DNA of 29,646 nucleotides from Verrucomicrobiales bacterium (GTDB taxonomy: Bacteria > Verrucomicrobiota > Verrucomicrobiia > Limisphaerales > UBA1100), in assembly GCA_011523245.1 (NCBI GenBank), contig WTHG01000227.1, forward strand, positions 1 through 29,646. The letters are read 5' to 3'. The notes beneath the pieces are model-generated. The model searched no databases, was not told the origin of the DNA, and worked only from the letters and a program-made list of their open reading frames with translations. Numbering within the stretch: the stretch's first letter is position 1; every line of letters begins with the position of its first letter. This document shows, piece after piece, positions 7,553-15,603 of the stretch. A program made the position numbers and the translations under genes.

Positions 7553-7924
7553 TTAAAATTTCAGTCCTTCAGCACGTGCGGCACTGGCCAGCGCATCTAC
7601 TTTACCGCCTTTGATATAGCGGGATCCGCCGCGATCAAAAACCACCTCGCTGATGCCGGCCCCCTTGGCAGCCTCGGCGGCGGCTTTGCCGACTTGTTCA
7701 GCTGAAACTTTGTTGGCGACGAGTTTGTCGCGATCGGCCTGTTCCTTGTGGCGGGTGGAGGCGGATGCCAGCGTCTTGCCTTCCACGTCGTCAATGAACT
7801 GCACGTAAATATTGCGCTCGGTAAAACGCACGCTCATGCGAGGGCGGTCGGCTGTTCCCTTAATCTTATTCCGGATCCGAAAGCGGCGCTTTTGCTCGAT
7901 CCTTCGTTTTACTTGGGCTCTCAT
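7553..7924 (-). CDS. rplR: 50S ribosomal protein uL18
   Basis: RIR.KI.GT.DRPR.SV, IY.Q.IDD..G.TLASAS, VVFDRGG..Y..G.V.ALA..AR..GL.F. Confidence 0.98.
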   Translation of the reverse strand: MRAQVKRRIEQKRRFRIRNKIKGTADRPRMSVRFTERNIYVQFIDDVEGKTLASASTRHKEQADRDKLVANKVSAEQVGKAAAEAAKGAGISEVVFDRGGSRYIKGGKVDALASAARAEGLKF

Positions 7925-7945
7925 CGTATGTTTAGCGGTTCAAAT

Positions 7946-8482
7946 TTATGTGACCTGTTTGCCCTGCTTGCGCACGACATGTTCATCAGAATAGCGGACA
8001 CCCTTGCCTTTGTAAGGCTCCACTGGGTAATAAGAGCGCACTTCGGCGGCTACCTTGCCCACCACGGCCTTGTCGGCACCCTCGATGGTGACGTTGGTGT
8101 TGCTTTCCACGGTCACGGTAATGCCGGCGGGAATCTCGTGGTTGATCTCGTGCGAGTAGCCGAGATTCAGATTAATGACGTTGCCTTTGACGGCAGCCTT
8201 GAAACCCACGCCATTGATCTCGAGTTTCTTCACGAAACCCTTTTCCACGCCCACAACCATGTTGTTGATCAGGGAGCGAGCCAAGCCATGCATGGCTTTG
8301 GCACGTTTCTCATCATTCTCACGGGTCACCACCACCTGACCGTCTTCCAGGGAGGCCTCGGTATGATCCGGCAAATCCAGCTGTAGCTTGCCCTTGGGGC
8401 CCTCCACAGATACCGTCCGTCCGTCGATCGCCACCTTTACGGCGTCTGGCACGGGCACGGGTTTTTTTCCAATACGCGACAT
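7946..8482 (-). CDS. rplF: 50S ribosomal protein uL6
   Basis: MSRIGKKPV, GPKG.L, HGL.RSLI.NMV.GV..GF.K.LEI.GVG, EPYKGKGVRY. Confidence 0.99.
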   Translation of the reverse strand: MSRIGKKPVPVPDAVKVAIDGRTVSVEGPKGKLQLDLPDHTEASLEDGQVVVTRENDEKRAKAMHGLARSLINNMVVGVEKGFVKKLEINGVGFKAAVKGNVINLNLGYSHEINHEIPAGITVTVESNTNVTIEGADKAVVGKVAAEVRSYYPVEPYKGKGVRYSDEHVVRKQGKQVT

Positions 8483-8510
8483 CGTTCGTTCCTTTCTACT
8501 CAGCTCCTGC

Positions 8511-8894
8511 TTACCAAACGTGGGCGAGCACCTCGCCTCCCACCTTTTGATCCCGAGCCTCCTGACCGGTCAACACACCCTTGGGCGTGCTTAAAATCGC
8601 CACACCCAAGCCTCCTAACACGCGCGGTATTTCCTCCACGGCTACGTACTGGCGCAGGCCGGGCTTGCTGACACGCTTGATGCCGGCGATGACACCCTTA
8701 CGGGCCTTGAACTTCAAATCAATCTGAAGTTCCTTCTTCGCGTCGCCGCTCACGGAGTAACCGCTCACGTACCCTTCCTGCTTGAGGATACGGGCGATGT
8801 TTTCCTTTAGATTGGAGTGGCGCACCACTACGTTTGGCTTCAACGCCTGATTGGCGTTGCGCACATGGGTCAGCATATCGGCTACAGTATCCAT
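8511..8894 (-). CDS. rpsH: 30S ribosomal protein uS8
   Basis: D..ADMLT.VRNA, KRVSKPGLR.Y, GLG.AILSTPKGVLT..EAR...VGGEVLA.VW. Confidence 0.99.
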   Translation of the reverse strand: MDTVADMLTHVRNANQALKPNVVVRHSNLKENIARILKQEGYVSGYSVSGDAKKELQIDLKFKARKGVIAGIKRVSKPGLRQYVAVEEIPRVLGGLGVAILSTPKGVLTGQEARDQKVGGEVLAHVW

Positions 8895-8899
8895 CGTTC

Positions 8900-9169
8900 T
8901 TACCAGCTGGCTTTTGTGACTCCGGGGATCAGACCGCTCACCGCTGCCTCACGAAAAGCAATGCGGCTCAGGCCAAATTTGCGAATAAATCCATGACGTC
9001 GACCGGTGAGCTCGCAACGATTCACCACACGCACTGGGCTGGCGTTGCGAGGCAACTGACTCAACGCCTCGTAATCGCCGGCGGCCTTCAGTTCCGCACG
9101 CTTGGAGGCGTACTTGGCCACGGCACGGGCCTTCTTCTTATTCCGGGCTATCCAACTCTTTTTTGCCAT
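8900..9169 (-). CDS. rpsN: 30S ribosomal protein uS14, 89-aa Zn-independent (C-) form
   Basis: [40 protein letters not shown]; a single Cys. Confidence 0.98.
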   Translation of the reverse strand: MAKKSWIARNKKKARAVAKYASKRAELKAAGDYEALSQLPRNASPVRVVNRCELTGRRHGFIRKFGLSRIAFREAAVSGLIPGVTKASW

Positions 9170-9181
9170 ATCAAATTCTTC

Positions 9182-9724
9182 CTATTTCTTTGCAAACGGC
9201 ATCCCCAGCTTGGTGAGCAGGTCCTTGGCCTCATCATTGGTTTTGGCAGTGGTTACAAATGTAATATCCATGCCCTGAGTGCGCTTCACTTTGTCCAGCT
9301 CAATCTCCGGGAAGATGGACTGGTCGCTCACGCCCATGGAATAATTACCACGGCCGTCAAAGCCGCGCGGGCTAATGCCGCGAAAGTCACGTATACGGGG
9401 CAGTGCGGCGGTGGTCAGACGATCCATGAATTCCCACATCACCTCACGGCGGAGGGTCACGTGGCAACCAATGGCCTGTCCTTCGCGCAACTTAAAGTTA
9501 GAAACCGCCTTACGGGACTTGTCGATAACGGGCTTGCGGCCGGTAATGGTGGTCATGTCCCTCACCGCGTCATCGAGCGCGGATTTCTCAAAGGTGGCAT
9601 CCACGCCCATGCGCACAACGATTTTATCCAGACCAGGAATCTGGTGCACATTGGCGTAGCCTCGCTCGGTCTGCAGGGCCGGCTTCACCTCATCCTTATA
9701 CTTCTTGTATAGTCGCGATTCCAT
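9182..9724 (-). CDS. rplE: 50S ribosomal protein uL5
   Basis: IP.L.KIVV.MGV, FKLREG..IGC.VTLR, LPRIRDFRG.....FDGRGNY, GMDITFVTTA. Confidence 0.99.
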   Translation of the reverse strand: MESRLYKKYKDEVKPALQTERGYANVHQIPGLDKIVVRMGVDATFEKSALDDAVRDMTTITGRKPVIDKSRKAVSNFKLREGQAIGCHVTLRREVMWEFMDRLTTAALPRIRDFRGISPRGFDGRGNYSMGVSDQSIFPEIELDKVKRTQGMDITFVTTAKTNDEAKDLLTKLGMPFAKK

Positions 9725-9737
9725 CTTGCTTCAAATT

Positions 9738-10019
9738 TTAGTTGGCCCGGCTTGGGCGCGCGTCCCATCGGGATTTTTTCATCACATTCGACACGTGAAC
9801 GGTCGGGTTCAAAAACAGGCGGGTGCCGTTCGGAAACTCCTGACTGCGGCGCTGGTGTTTGATCACTTTGTCATCGTCTTCCAATCCGTCCACTTCCAGC
9901 TCCACACGATCGCCATCGTTCACGAAGCGCACGACCTTGGCAGTGCGTTCGCGGTGTTCTCCGGCAAGGATCACCACCTCGTCGCCTGACATCACTTTGT
10001 ATTCAGCCTTTGCGCTCAT
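9738..10019 (-). CDS. rplX: 50S ribosomal protein uL24, divergent
   Basis: Position between rplN and rplE; [11 protein letters not shown]...SQ..P.G, VH.SNVM; TAATG coupling with the rplN stop. Confidence 0.92.
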   Translation of the reverse strand: MSAKAEYKVMSGDEVVILAGEHRERTAKVVRFVNDGDRVELEVDGLEDDDKVIKHQRRSQEFPNGTRLFLNPTVHVSNVMKKSRWDARPSRAN

Positions 10020-10387
10020 TACAGAACCTCCGGGGCGAGGGAAATGATCTTCATGAATTTCTTCTGCTCGCGCAGTTCGCGGGCCACCGGGCCAAAGATA
10101 CGCGTGCCGCGGGGCGCGCCTTCCTTGTCGATAATCACCACCGCGTTGTTATCGAAACGCAAGTAGGAGCCATCGGCGCGCCGTATGGCGCGGCGGGTGC
10201 GCACCACCACGGCGTCGACCACTTCGCTTTTTTTCACGCTGCCATCGGGGGCGGCTTCCTTGATGTGAGCCTTCACCACGTCGCCAATCTCGCCATAGCG
10301 TTTGGCTTCGCCGAGCACGTGAATAATCGCCGCGCGCTTGGCGCCGGTGTTATCGGCCACATCACAAACTGAACGTAACTGCAACAT
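10019..10387 (-). CDS. rplN: 50S ribosomal protein uL14
   Basis: [13 protein letters not shown]....[36 protein letters not shown]. Confidence 0.99.
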   Translation of the reverse strand: MLQLRSVCDVADNTGAKRAAIIHVLGEAKRYGEIGDVVKAHIKEAAPDGSVKKSEVVDAVVVRTRRAIRRADGSYLRFDNNAVVIIDKEGAPRGTRIFGPVARELREQKKFMKIISLAPEVL

Positions 10388-10405
10388 CTCTTCAGATCTC
10401 CTGGG

Positions 10406-10663
10406 TTAGCCGCCCACTACTTCGAGTAGTTCCCAACGCTTGAGCTTGGATTTCGGCGGGCATTCCTGAATGCGCACCTGATCCCCGGCCTTGGCCTTGT
10501 TATCCTCGTCATGGGCGTAAAATTTCTTAAAACGCGTCACCACTTTCTTGTAGAGCGGATGACGCACGCGGCGTTTCACCTTCACCACGATGGTCTTGTC
10601 GGCGGCGGCCGAAACCACTTCGCCTTGGCGCTGTTTGCGATGTTTTTCTGTCGCTTCACTCAT
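10406..10663 (-). CDS. rpsQ: 30S ribosomal protein uS17
   Basis: G.VVS...DKTIVV.V.R...HPLY.K.V...KK..AHDE.N....GD.V.I.E..P.SK.KRW. Confidence 0.99.
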   Translation of the reverse strand: MSEATEKHRKQRQGEVVSAAADKTIVVKVKRRVRHPLYKKVVTRFKKFYAHDEDNKAKAGDQVRIQECPPKSKLKRWELLEVVGG

Positions 10664-10675
10664 GAGTCAAATTCC

Positions 10676-10879
10676 CTAGGCCGATGCGGCCTCTTTCTTT
10701 TTAGCGCTCAACTCAGTTTCCACGCGGGCGATGTCCTTCCGCAATTCGCCGATGCGATGGGGCTTTTCGAGCGTACCGATGGATTTCTGCAGATTTAGGT
10801 TGAATAGCTCCGTCCGGAGCTCGCGACCTTTCGCCTGCAGCTCCACGGGGGGCATTTCTTTAATTTCTTTATTGTTCAT
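10676..10879 (-). CDS. rpmC: 50S ribosomal protein uL29
   Basis: EL..ELFNL.LQK..G.LE.PHRI..LRKDIAR..T.L; position between rplP and rpsQ. Confidence 0.97.
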   Translation of the reverse strand: MNNKEIKEMPPVELQAKGRELRTELFNLNLQKSIGTLEKPHRIGELRKDIARVETELSAKKKEAASA

Positions 10880-10881
10880 GG

Positions 10882-11292
10882 CTATCGCTTGATCATGCGT
10901 GTTTTGATCGGCAGCTTGGCCGCCGCCAGAGACAGGGCCTCTTTAGCCAAGCTCTCGCCGACACCAGAAATTTCAAACAACATATTGGCCGGACGCACCA
11001 CTGCCACCCAGCCTTCCACCGCGGCCTTGCCTTTACCCATCCGCACTTCCAACGGTTTCTTAGTGTAGGATTTGTGCGGAAAAATGCGAATCCACACCTT
11101 GCCGCGACGTTTCATCTTGCGAGTAATGGTCTGACGACAGGCTTCAATTTGACGGGTGGTGATCCATGCCCGGTCCAATGCCTGTAGTCCGTACTCCCCA
11201 AAAGACACATCAGAGCCCTTCCACGCAATGCCGGCACGGCTGCCACGGTGCATCTTGCGGTACTTGACGCGGGCTGGAATTTGCTTGGCCAT
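10882..11292 (-). CDS. rplP: 50S ribosomal protein uL16
   Basis: [31 protein letters not shown]...[12 protein letters not shown]. Confidence 0.99.
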   Translation of the reverse strand: MAKQIPARVKYRKMHRGSRAGIAWKGSDVSFGEYGLQALDRAWITTRQIEACRQTITRKMKRRGKVWIRIFPHKSYTKKPLEVRMGKGKAAVEGWVAVVRPANMLFEISGVGESLAKEALSLAAAKLPIKTRMIKR

Positions 11293-11313
11293 TATATTTT
11301 ATCTTTCTTTTGC

Positions 11314-11991
11314 TTACTTGCTCTCGGCCGCGCCGGTTTCAATAACTTCGGCGCTCTTGTTCGAGGGCTTATCCTCACCGGTACAAATCCAGCATTTAAT
11401 ACCTAGTACACCAGCTTTGGTTTTGGCCTCAGTAAATCCATAATCAATATTTGCGCGGAGGGTATGCAACGGCACCCGACCTTCGAGGTACTGCTCTACA
11501 CGGGAGAGTTCGGCACCGCCCAATCGGCCAGCACAACGAATACGAATGCCTTCAGCGCCGAAATCCATCGCCATTTGCACGGCCCGCTTCATGGCACGTC
11601 GGAACATGATGCGGCGCTCCAACTGTTGGGCCACGTTTTCGGCCACGAGCTGGGCATCAATCTCCGGCTTTCGGATTTCCTGGATATCCACGTAAACCTC
11701 TTTGCCGGTCATACGGGCGAGTTGTTCTTTAATCTTATCGATCTCAGCACCGCGCCGACCGATCACCACTCCAGGGCGGGCGGTCAAAATCTTGATGCGC
11801 ACGCGCTTGGTGGCGCGCTCGATGAGAATCTTGGTCACAGCAGCACCGCTTAACTTATCAAACAAAAGCTTACGAATTGCCCGATCCTCGGTGAGGTAGT
11901 TTGCAAAGCTCTTCTTGTCTGAATACCACTTGGAGGCCCAGTCCTTGTTGACTGCCAAGCGCAGGCCTATTGGATTGCTCTTTTGTCCCAT
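11314..11991 (-). CDS. rpsC: 30S ribosomal protein uS3
   Basis: MGQK.NPIGLRL, ARPG.VIG.RG.EI, FRRAMK.A, GRLGGAE..R, GRVPLHTLRA.IDYG. Confidence 0.99.
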   Translation of the reverse strand: MGQKSNPIGLRLAVNKDWASKWYSDKKSFANYLTEDRAIRKLLFDKLSGAAVTKILIERATKRVRIKILTARPGVVIGRRGAEIDKIKEQLARMTGKEVYVDIQEIRKPEIDAQLVAENVAQQLERRIMFRRAMKRAVQMAMDFGAEGIRIRCAGRLGGAELSRVEQYLEGRVPLHTLRANIDYGFTEAKTKAGVLGIKCWICTGEDKPSNKSAEVIETGAAESK

Positions 11992-12002
11992 GGTCCTAAA
12001 TC

Positions 12003-12491
12003 CTATTTATTGTCGGAGAGTGTGATCCGAATATGGCTGGTGCGCTTGATGATGGTCGAGCCACCCCCACGCGCACGGGTACGCCAACGACGCAACGGCG
12101 TGGCCGCGCCGGCCATCGCTTCACTAATCACGAGGGTATCGGCCGCCAGCTTATTGTCTGAGTCGAGGTATGCCTCGTACTTGGCCAGATCCGCCTTGAG
12201 GTGGCGGTACTTGCGAGCCAGCGCCCCCTTCTCCGTGGTTTTATTTTGAATTGTTTCCTTAATCTCAGCCACCTTGTTCTGGATCTCGCCCTCGTTCCAT
12301 TCATTGCTGATATGCTCTGCGTTAGCCACGGCGGATTTCAGAGTTTGAGCGACGAGCCGCGCGGATTTTCGCGGGATATTAGCCAAGACTGCCTGAGCCT
12401 TGGCCACCGGCAAACCGGCGATCTGACGCGTCACTTCACGGACCTTCTTCGGCGACATGCGCACGTTGCGTGTTGTGGCAGTAATATTCAT
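12003..12491 (-). CDS. rplV: 50S ribosomal protein uL22 with ~50-aa internal insertion
   Basis: R.SP.K.R.V, LKSA.ANAEH, and C-terminal R..R.RARG....I.KRTSHI...L; 162 aa versus about 110 for typical bacterial uL22. Confidence 0.97.
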   Translation of the reverse strand: MNITATTRNVRMSPKKVREVTRQIAGLPVAKAQAVLANIPRKSARLVAQTLKSAVANAEHISNEWNEGEIQNKVAEIKETIQNKTTEKGALARKYRHLKADLAKYEAYLDSDNKLAADTLVISEAMAGAATPLRRWRTRARGGGSTIIKRTSHIRITLSDNK

Positions 12492-12492
12492 C

Positions 12493-12771
12493 TTAACGGA
12501 CCTCCCGTTTCACGTGGGCGCTGTGGCCCTTGAATTGGCGGGTCGGGGAAAATTCTCCGAGCTTATGGCCCACCATATTTTCACTCACGTACACGGGCAG
12601 AAACTGTTTGCCATTGTGGACATTGAATGTCAGCCCCACGAAGTCGGGCATGATGGTGGAACGGCGTGACCAAGTCTTGATCGGCTTGGTAGAACCGGAT
12701 TCCTTTGCCTTCATCGCCTTGCTCAGGAGCTTGGCGTCGGTGTAGTAACCTTTCTTGATTGAACGTGCCAT
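12493..12771 (-). CDS. rpsS: 30S ribosomal protein uS19
   Basis: [31 protein letters not shown]...[17 protein letters not shown]. Confidence 0.99.
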   Translation of the reverse strand: MARSIKKGYYTDAKLLSKAMKAKESGSTKPIKTWSRRSTIMPDFVGLTFNVHNGKQFLPVYVSENMVGHKLGEFSPTRQFKGHSAHVKREVR

Positions 12772-12777
12772 GGCTGC

Positions 12778-13647
12778 TTATTTCCGTTTCATCGGCCGAC
12801 CATCGCGGCGTACGAGGATAAATTTGTTGGAGTACTTCTTCTTGGAGCGAGTCTTGTAACCCTTGGTGATCACACCCCAAGGGGTGACCGGATGCCCGCC
12901 GCCGGAGGTCTTAGCCTCACCACCTCCCATTGGGTGATCGTGCGGATTCTTCGCCACCGCGCGAGTGATGCCGCGACGCCCACGATGACGGGTATTACCC
13001 GCCTTACCGATGACCTGCTTTTCATGATCGGCATTGCCCACTTCACCAACGGTGGCCCAACAGTCGGCGTTCACGCGACGAATTTCGCCGGAAGGTAGTT
13101 TGATCTGCGCATAATCCTTGTCACTTGCCATCACGGCGGCCGAGGAACCGGCTGCGCGGACAATTTGGCCGCCCTTACCCTGAGTCAGTTCGATGTTATG
13201 AATCGCAGTCCCCGCAGGGATTTTGGCCAGAGGCAGGGCGTTACCGGATTCCGGTTCGGCGTCTGGGCCGCTGTAAATTTTTTGGCCCACCTCCATGCCT
13301 TTGGCGGCAATGATGTAACGCTTCTCGTTATCCTTGTATTGCACGAGGGCAATGCGGGAAGAACGCATGGGATCGTATTCAATGGCGATCACGGTGCCTT
13401 CCACCGTAGCGTCGGCACCGTATTTGTCGCGGGCGAAACGCCGCCTGAAATCCACATTCCGGATCTTCTGCTTGGCGCCACCACCGATGCCTCGCATGGT
13501 GATGTGACCATCACTGTTGCGACCGCCGGTCTTCTTCTTAATCTTAACCAGAGCCTTCTCGGGCTTGGTTTTGGTGATCTCCTCGAATGTAGTGCGCTTA
13601 ATGTAGCGCTGCGAGGGGGTCACGGGTTTATAGGAACGGATGGGCAT
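12778..13647 (-). CDS. rplB: 50S ribosomal protein uL2
   Basis: KP.TPSQR, GGRN..G.IT.R..GGG.K, IEYDP.R..RIAL, GKAG..R..G, NP.DHP.GGGE, P.TPWG...KG.KTR. Confidence 0.99.
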   Translation of the reverse strand: MPIRSYKPVTPSQRYIKRTTFEEITKTKPEKALVKIKKKTGGRNSDGHITMRGIGGGAKQKIRNVDFRRRFARDKYGADATVEGTVIAIEYDPMRSSRIALVQYKDNEKRYIIAAKGMEVGQKIYSGPDAEPESGNALPLAKIPAGTAIHNIELTQGKGGQIVRAAGSSAAVMASDKDYAQIKLPSGEIRRVNADCWATVGEVGNADHEKQVIGKAGNTRHRGRRGITRAVAKNPHDHPMGGGEAKTSGGGHPVTPWGVITKGYKTRSKKKYSNKFILVRRDGRPMKRK

Positions 13648-13659
13648 CTCTCAATCTCC

Positions 13660-13980
13660 TTACAACAGTTCGATCTCGCCTTTTTCCAGCGTAACGACGG
13701 CTTTCTTCCAGTCGGAAGTCCGACCGGCCACTCGGGTCCGGGCGCGCTTGGTTTTGCCATTCACACGAGAGGTATTTACCGAGGCAACTTTCACCTTGGG
13801 AAATAGCTCCTCTACGGCCTGGCGAATCTGGTGTTTATTGGCTCGCACATCAACACGCAGCGTGTACTGACGAGCCACCTCATCCTTCATGCCCTTGGTA
13901 CGGCGGAAGGTGTAGAGATCCTTCAGATGCTGCGTTTTCTCCGAGTCGTGCAGACCTTTGATGACGGTAAATGAATGCAT
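13660..13980 (-). CDS. rplW: 50S ribosomal protein uL23 with short insertion
   Basis: SEKT, YT..VD..ANK..I..AVE.LF.VKV..VNT....GK.KR, G....WKKA.VTL; TAATG coupling with rplD. Confidence 0.96.
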   Translation of the reverse strand: MHSFTVIKGLHDSEKTQHLKDLYTFRRTKGMKDEVARQYTLRVDVRANKHQIRQAVEELFPKVKVASVNTSRVNGKTKRARTRVAGRTSDWKKAVVTLEKGEIELL

Positions 13981-14612
13981 TAGCTCTCTTTCGTGTTCAG
14001 GCGGGAGGCCACTTTTTCCAGAGCGTCCTTCGAGATGATCACCGTGTCCGGGCGAAGCACTTCGTAGGTGTTTAAAGATTCGGCTTCCACCAGTTCCACC
14101 AGTGGAATATTGCGGGCGGCCAGCGCTAAGTTGCCATCGGCTTCGCCATTGACCAGCAGCACAGTGCCTTCAGCCGCTAATGATTCAATTTGCGCGGCCA
14201 ACGTTTTGGTCTTATGCGTCTCAAGTTTCAAGGAATCCACCACGATCACCTCGCCGGCATTAATGCGCTCGGTCAACGCTTTGCGCAGGGCCAAACGGCG
14301 GGTTTTGGTGTTCACTTTCTTCGAGTAATCACGCTGCTTCGGGCCATGGGCCACACCGCCACCAGCAAAGATGGGGGTTCGGCGCGAACCAGTCCGAGCG
14401 CGACCGGTGCCTTTTTGGCGCCACGGCTTTTTACCAGTGCCACTCACTTCCCCACGGGTCTTAACTTTGGCGGTGCCCATACGTTGAGCGGCCATGTAGG
14501 CAACCACGGTATCGTGTACGGCCTGGTTGCCCTTCTCGGCATCCACCAGATCAAAGCCCACGGGGACCTTGCCCGAGTCGCTGCCTGAAAGTGTCTTTAC
14601 ATCAAGTTCCAT
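13980..14612 (-). CDS. rplD: 50S ribosomal protein uL4
   Basis: R.GT...[36 protein letters not shown]. Confidence 0.99.
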   Translation of the reverse strand: MELDVKTLSGSDSGKVPVGFDLVDAEKGNQAVHDTVVAYMAAQRMGTAKVKTRGEVSGTGKKPWRQKGTGRARTGSRRTPIFAGGGVAHGPKQRDYSKKVNTKTRRLALRKALTERINAGEVIVVDSLKLETHKTKTLAAQIESLAAEGTVLLVNGEADGNLALAARNIPLVELVEAESLNTYEVLRPDTVIISKDALEKVASRLNTKES

Positions 14613-14624
14613 CGTCGTGCCTCG

Positions 14625-15275
14625 TTATGCTTTAACTGCCTTGGCGCGTTTTTTGGCACCCCGGATAACCACGTAATCGCCTTTGGAACCCGGAATGGCA
14701 CCTTTGATTAGGAGCACGCCGTCCTCTTCACGAACCTGAATGACCTCAAGGTTCTGTACGGTACGGCTTTCTTGACCCATGTGGCCGGGCATTTTCTTGC
14801 CGGGAACCACCCAACCAGGGGTAGCGCAAGCTCCGATACCACCAGGGCGACGAAACCAGCCTTTTTGACCATGGCTCGCGGGGCCACCACCAAAGTTCCA
14901 ACGCTTCACGACGCCTTGGAATCCTCGGCCTTTGGTATCCCCAATGGCGTCGACGTAATCGCCAACCTCAAAGATCGTCACGGGTACTTCGTCGCCGGTG
15001 TTAACTTCCAGCGAGTAATCGCGGAATTCCTTCACCAGCTTTACGTGTTTGCCGCCCTGTTTCTCGAAATGACCCCGTAACGGCTTGGACTGGCGTTCGG
15101 GCTTGGCTTGATCATCATAACCAAGTTGGACAGCATTGTAGCCATCCGACTCCTCGGCACTCTTTACCTGCAATACGCGATTTGGACCTGCGTGCACAAC
15201 AGTAACGCACACGGCGTTTCCGTTTGCATCGTACACGCGGGTTTGTCCCAGTTTTTTGCCAATCAGACCGATCAT
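14625..15275 (-). CDS. rplC: 50S ribosomal protein uL3
   Basis: Start placed at 15275 (MIGLIGKKLGQT). The ORF-track start at 15308 overlaps rpsJ. Motifs G..KGRGFQGVVKR, RRPG.IG, KKMPGHMG, T.QNL.V, KGAIPG..G. Confidence 0.99.
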   Translation of the reverse strand: MIGLIGKKLGQTRVYDANGNAVCVTVVHAGPNRVLQVKSAEESDGYNAVQLGYDDQAKPERQSKPLRGHFEKQGGKHVKLVKEFRDYSLEVNTGDEVPVTIFEVGDYVDAIGDTKGRGFQGVVKRWNFGGGPASHGQKGWFRRPGGIGACATPGWVVPGKKMPGHMGQESRTVQNLEVIQVREEDGVLLIKGAIPGSKGDYVVIRGAKKRAKAVKA

Positions 15276-15279
15276 CTCG

Positions 15280-15594
15280 TTAGAAAATTTTAATGTTAAT
15301 GTCCACACCAGCCGGCAAATTCAGCTTCTTGAGCTCATCCACGGTCGCCGGGGTTGGCTGCAAAATATCAATCAAACGCTTGTGCGTGCGTTGCTCGAAG
15401 GTTTCCTGGCTCTTCTTGTTTACGTGCGGCGAACGAGTCATGGTGAAACGCTCGCGGCGGGTCGGCAGCGGAATCGGGCCAGCCACGCGGCTGCCGGTAC
15501 GCTTTACGGTCTCCACAATCTCGGTGGACGACTTATCCAACACGCGATGGTCGAAGCCCTTGAGTCTAATACGTATTTGTTGTCCTGCAGCCAT
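15280..15594 (-). CDS. rpsJ: 30S ribosomal protein uS10
   Basis: [49 protein letters not shown]. Confidence 0.99.
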   Translation of the reverse strand: MAAGQQIRIRLKGFDHRVLDKSSTEIVETVKRTGSRVAGPIPLPTRRERFTMTRSPHVNKKSQETFEQRTHKRLIDILQPTPATVDELKKLNLPAGVDINIKIF

Positions 15595-15603
15595 GCTGTT
15601 TCC

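Noticed and set aside
964-10675. Recurring (C/T)TGA(A) word in short spacers before rplQ, rpsK, rplO, rplR, rplE, rplN and rpsQ
   Set aside because: Distance to the start codon varies widely, only some are in-frame backup stops, and a 4-5-mer is expected by chance. A proper enrichment test would be needed.
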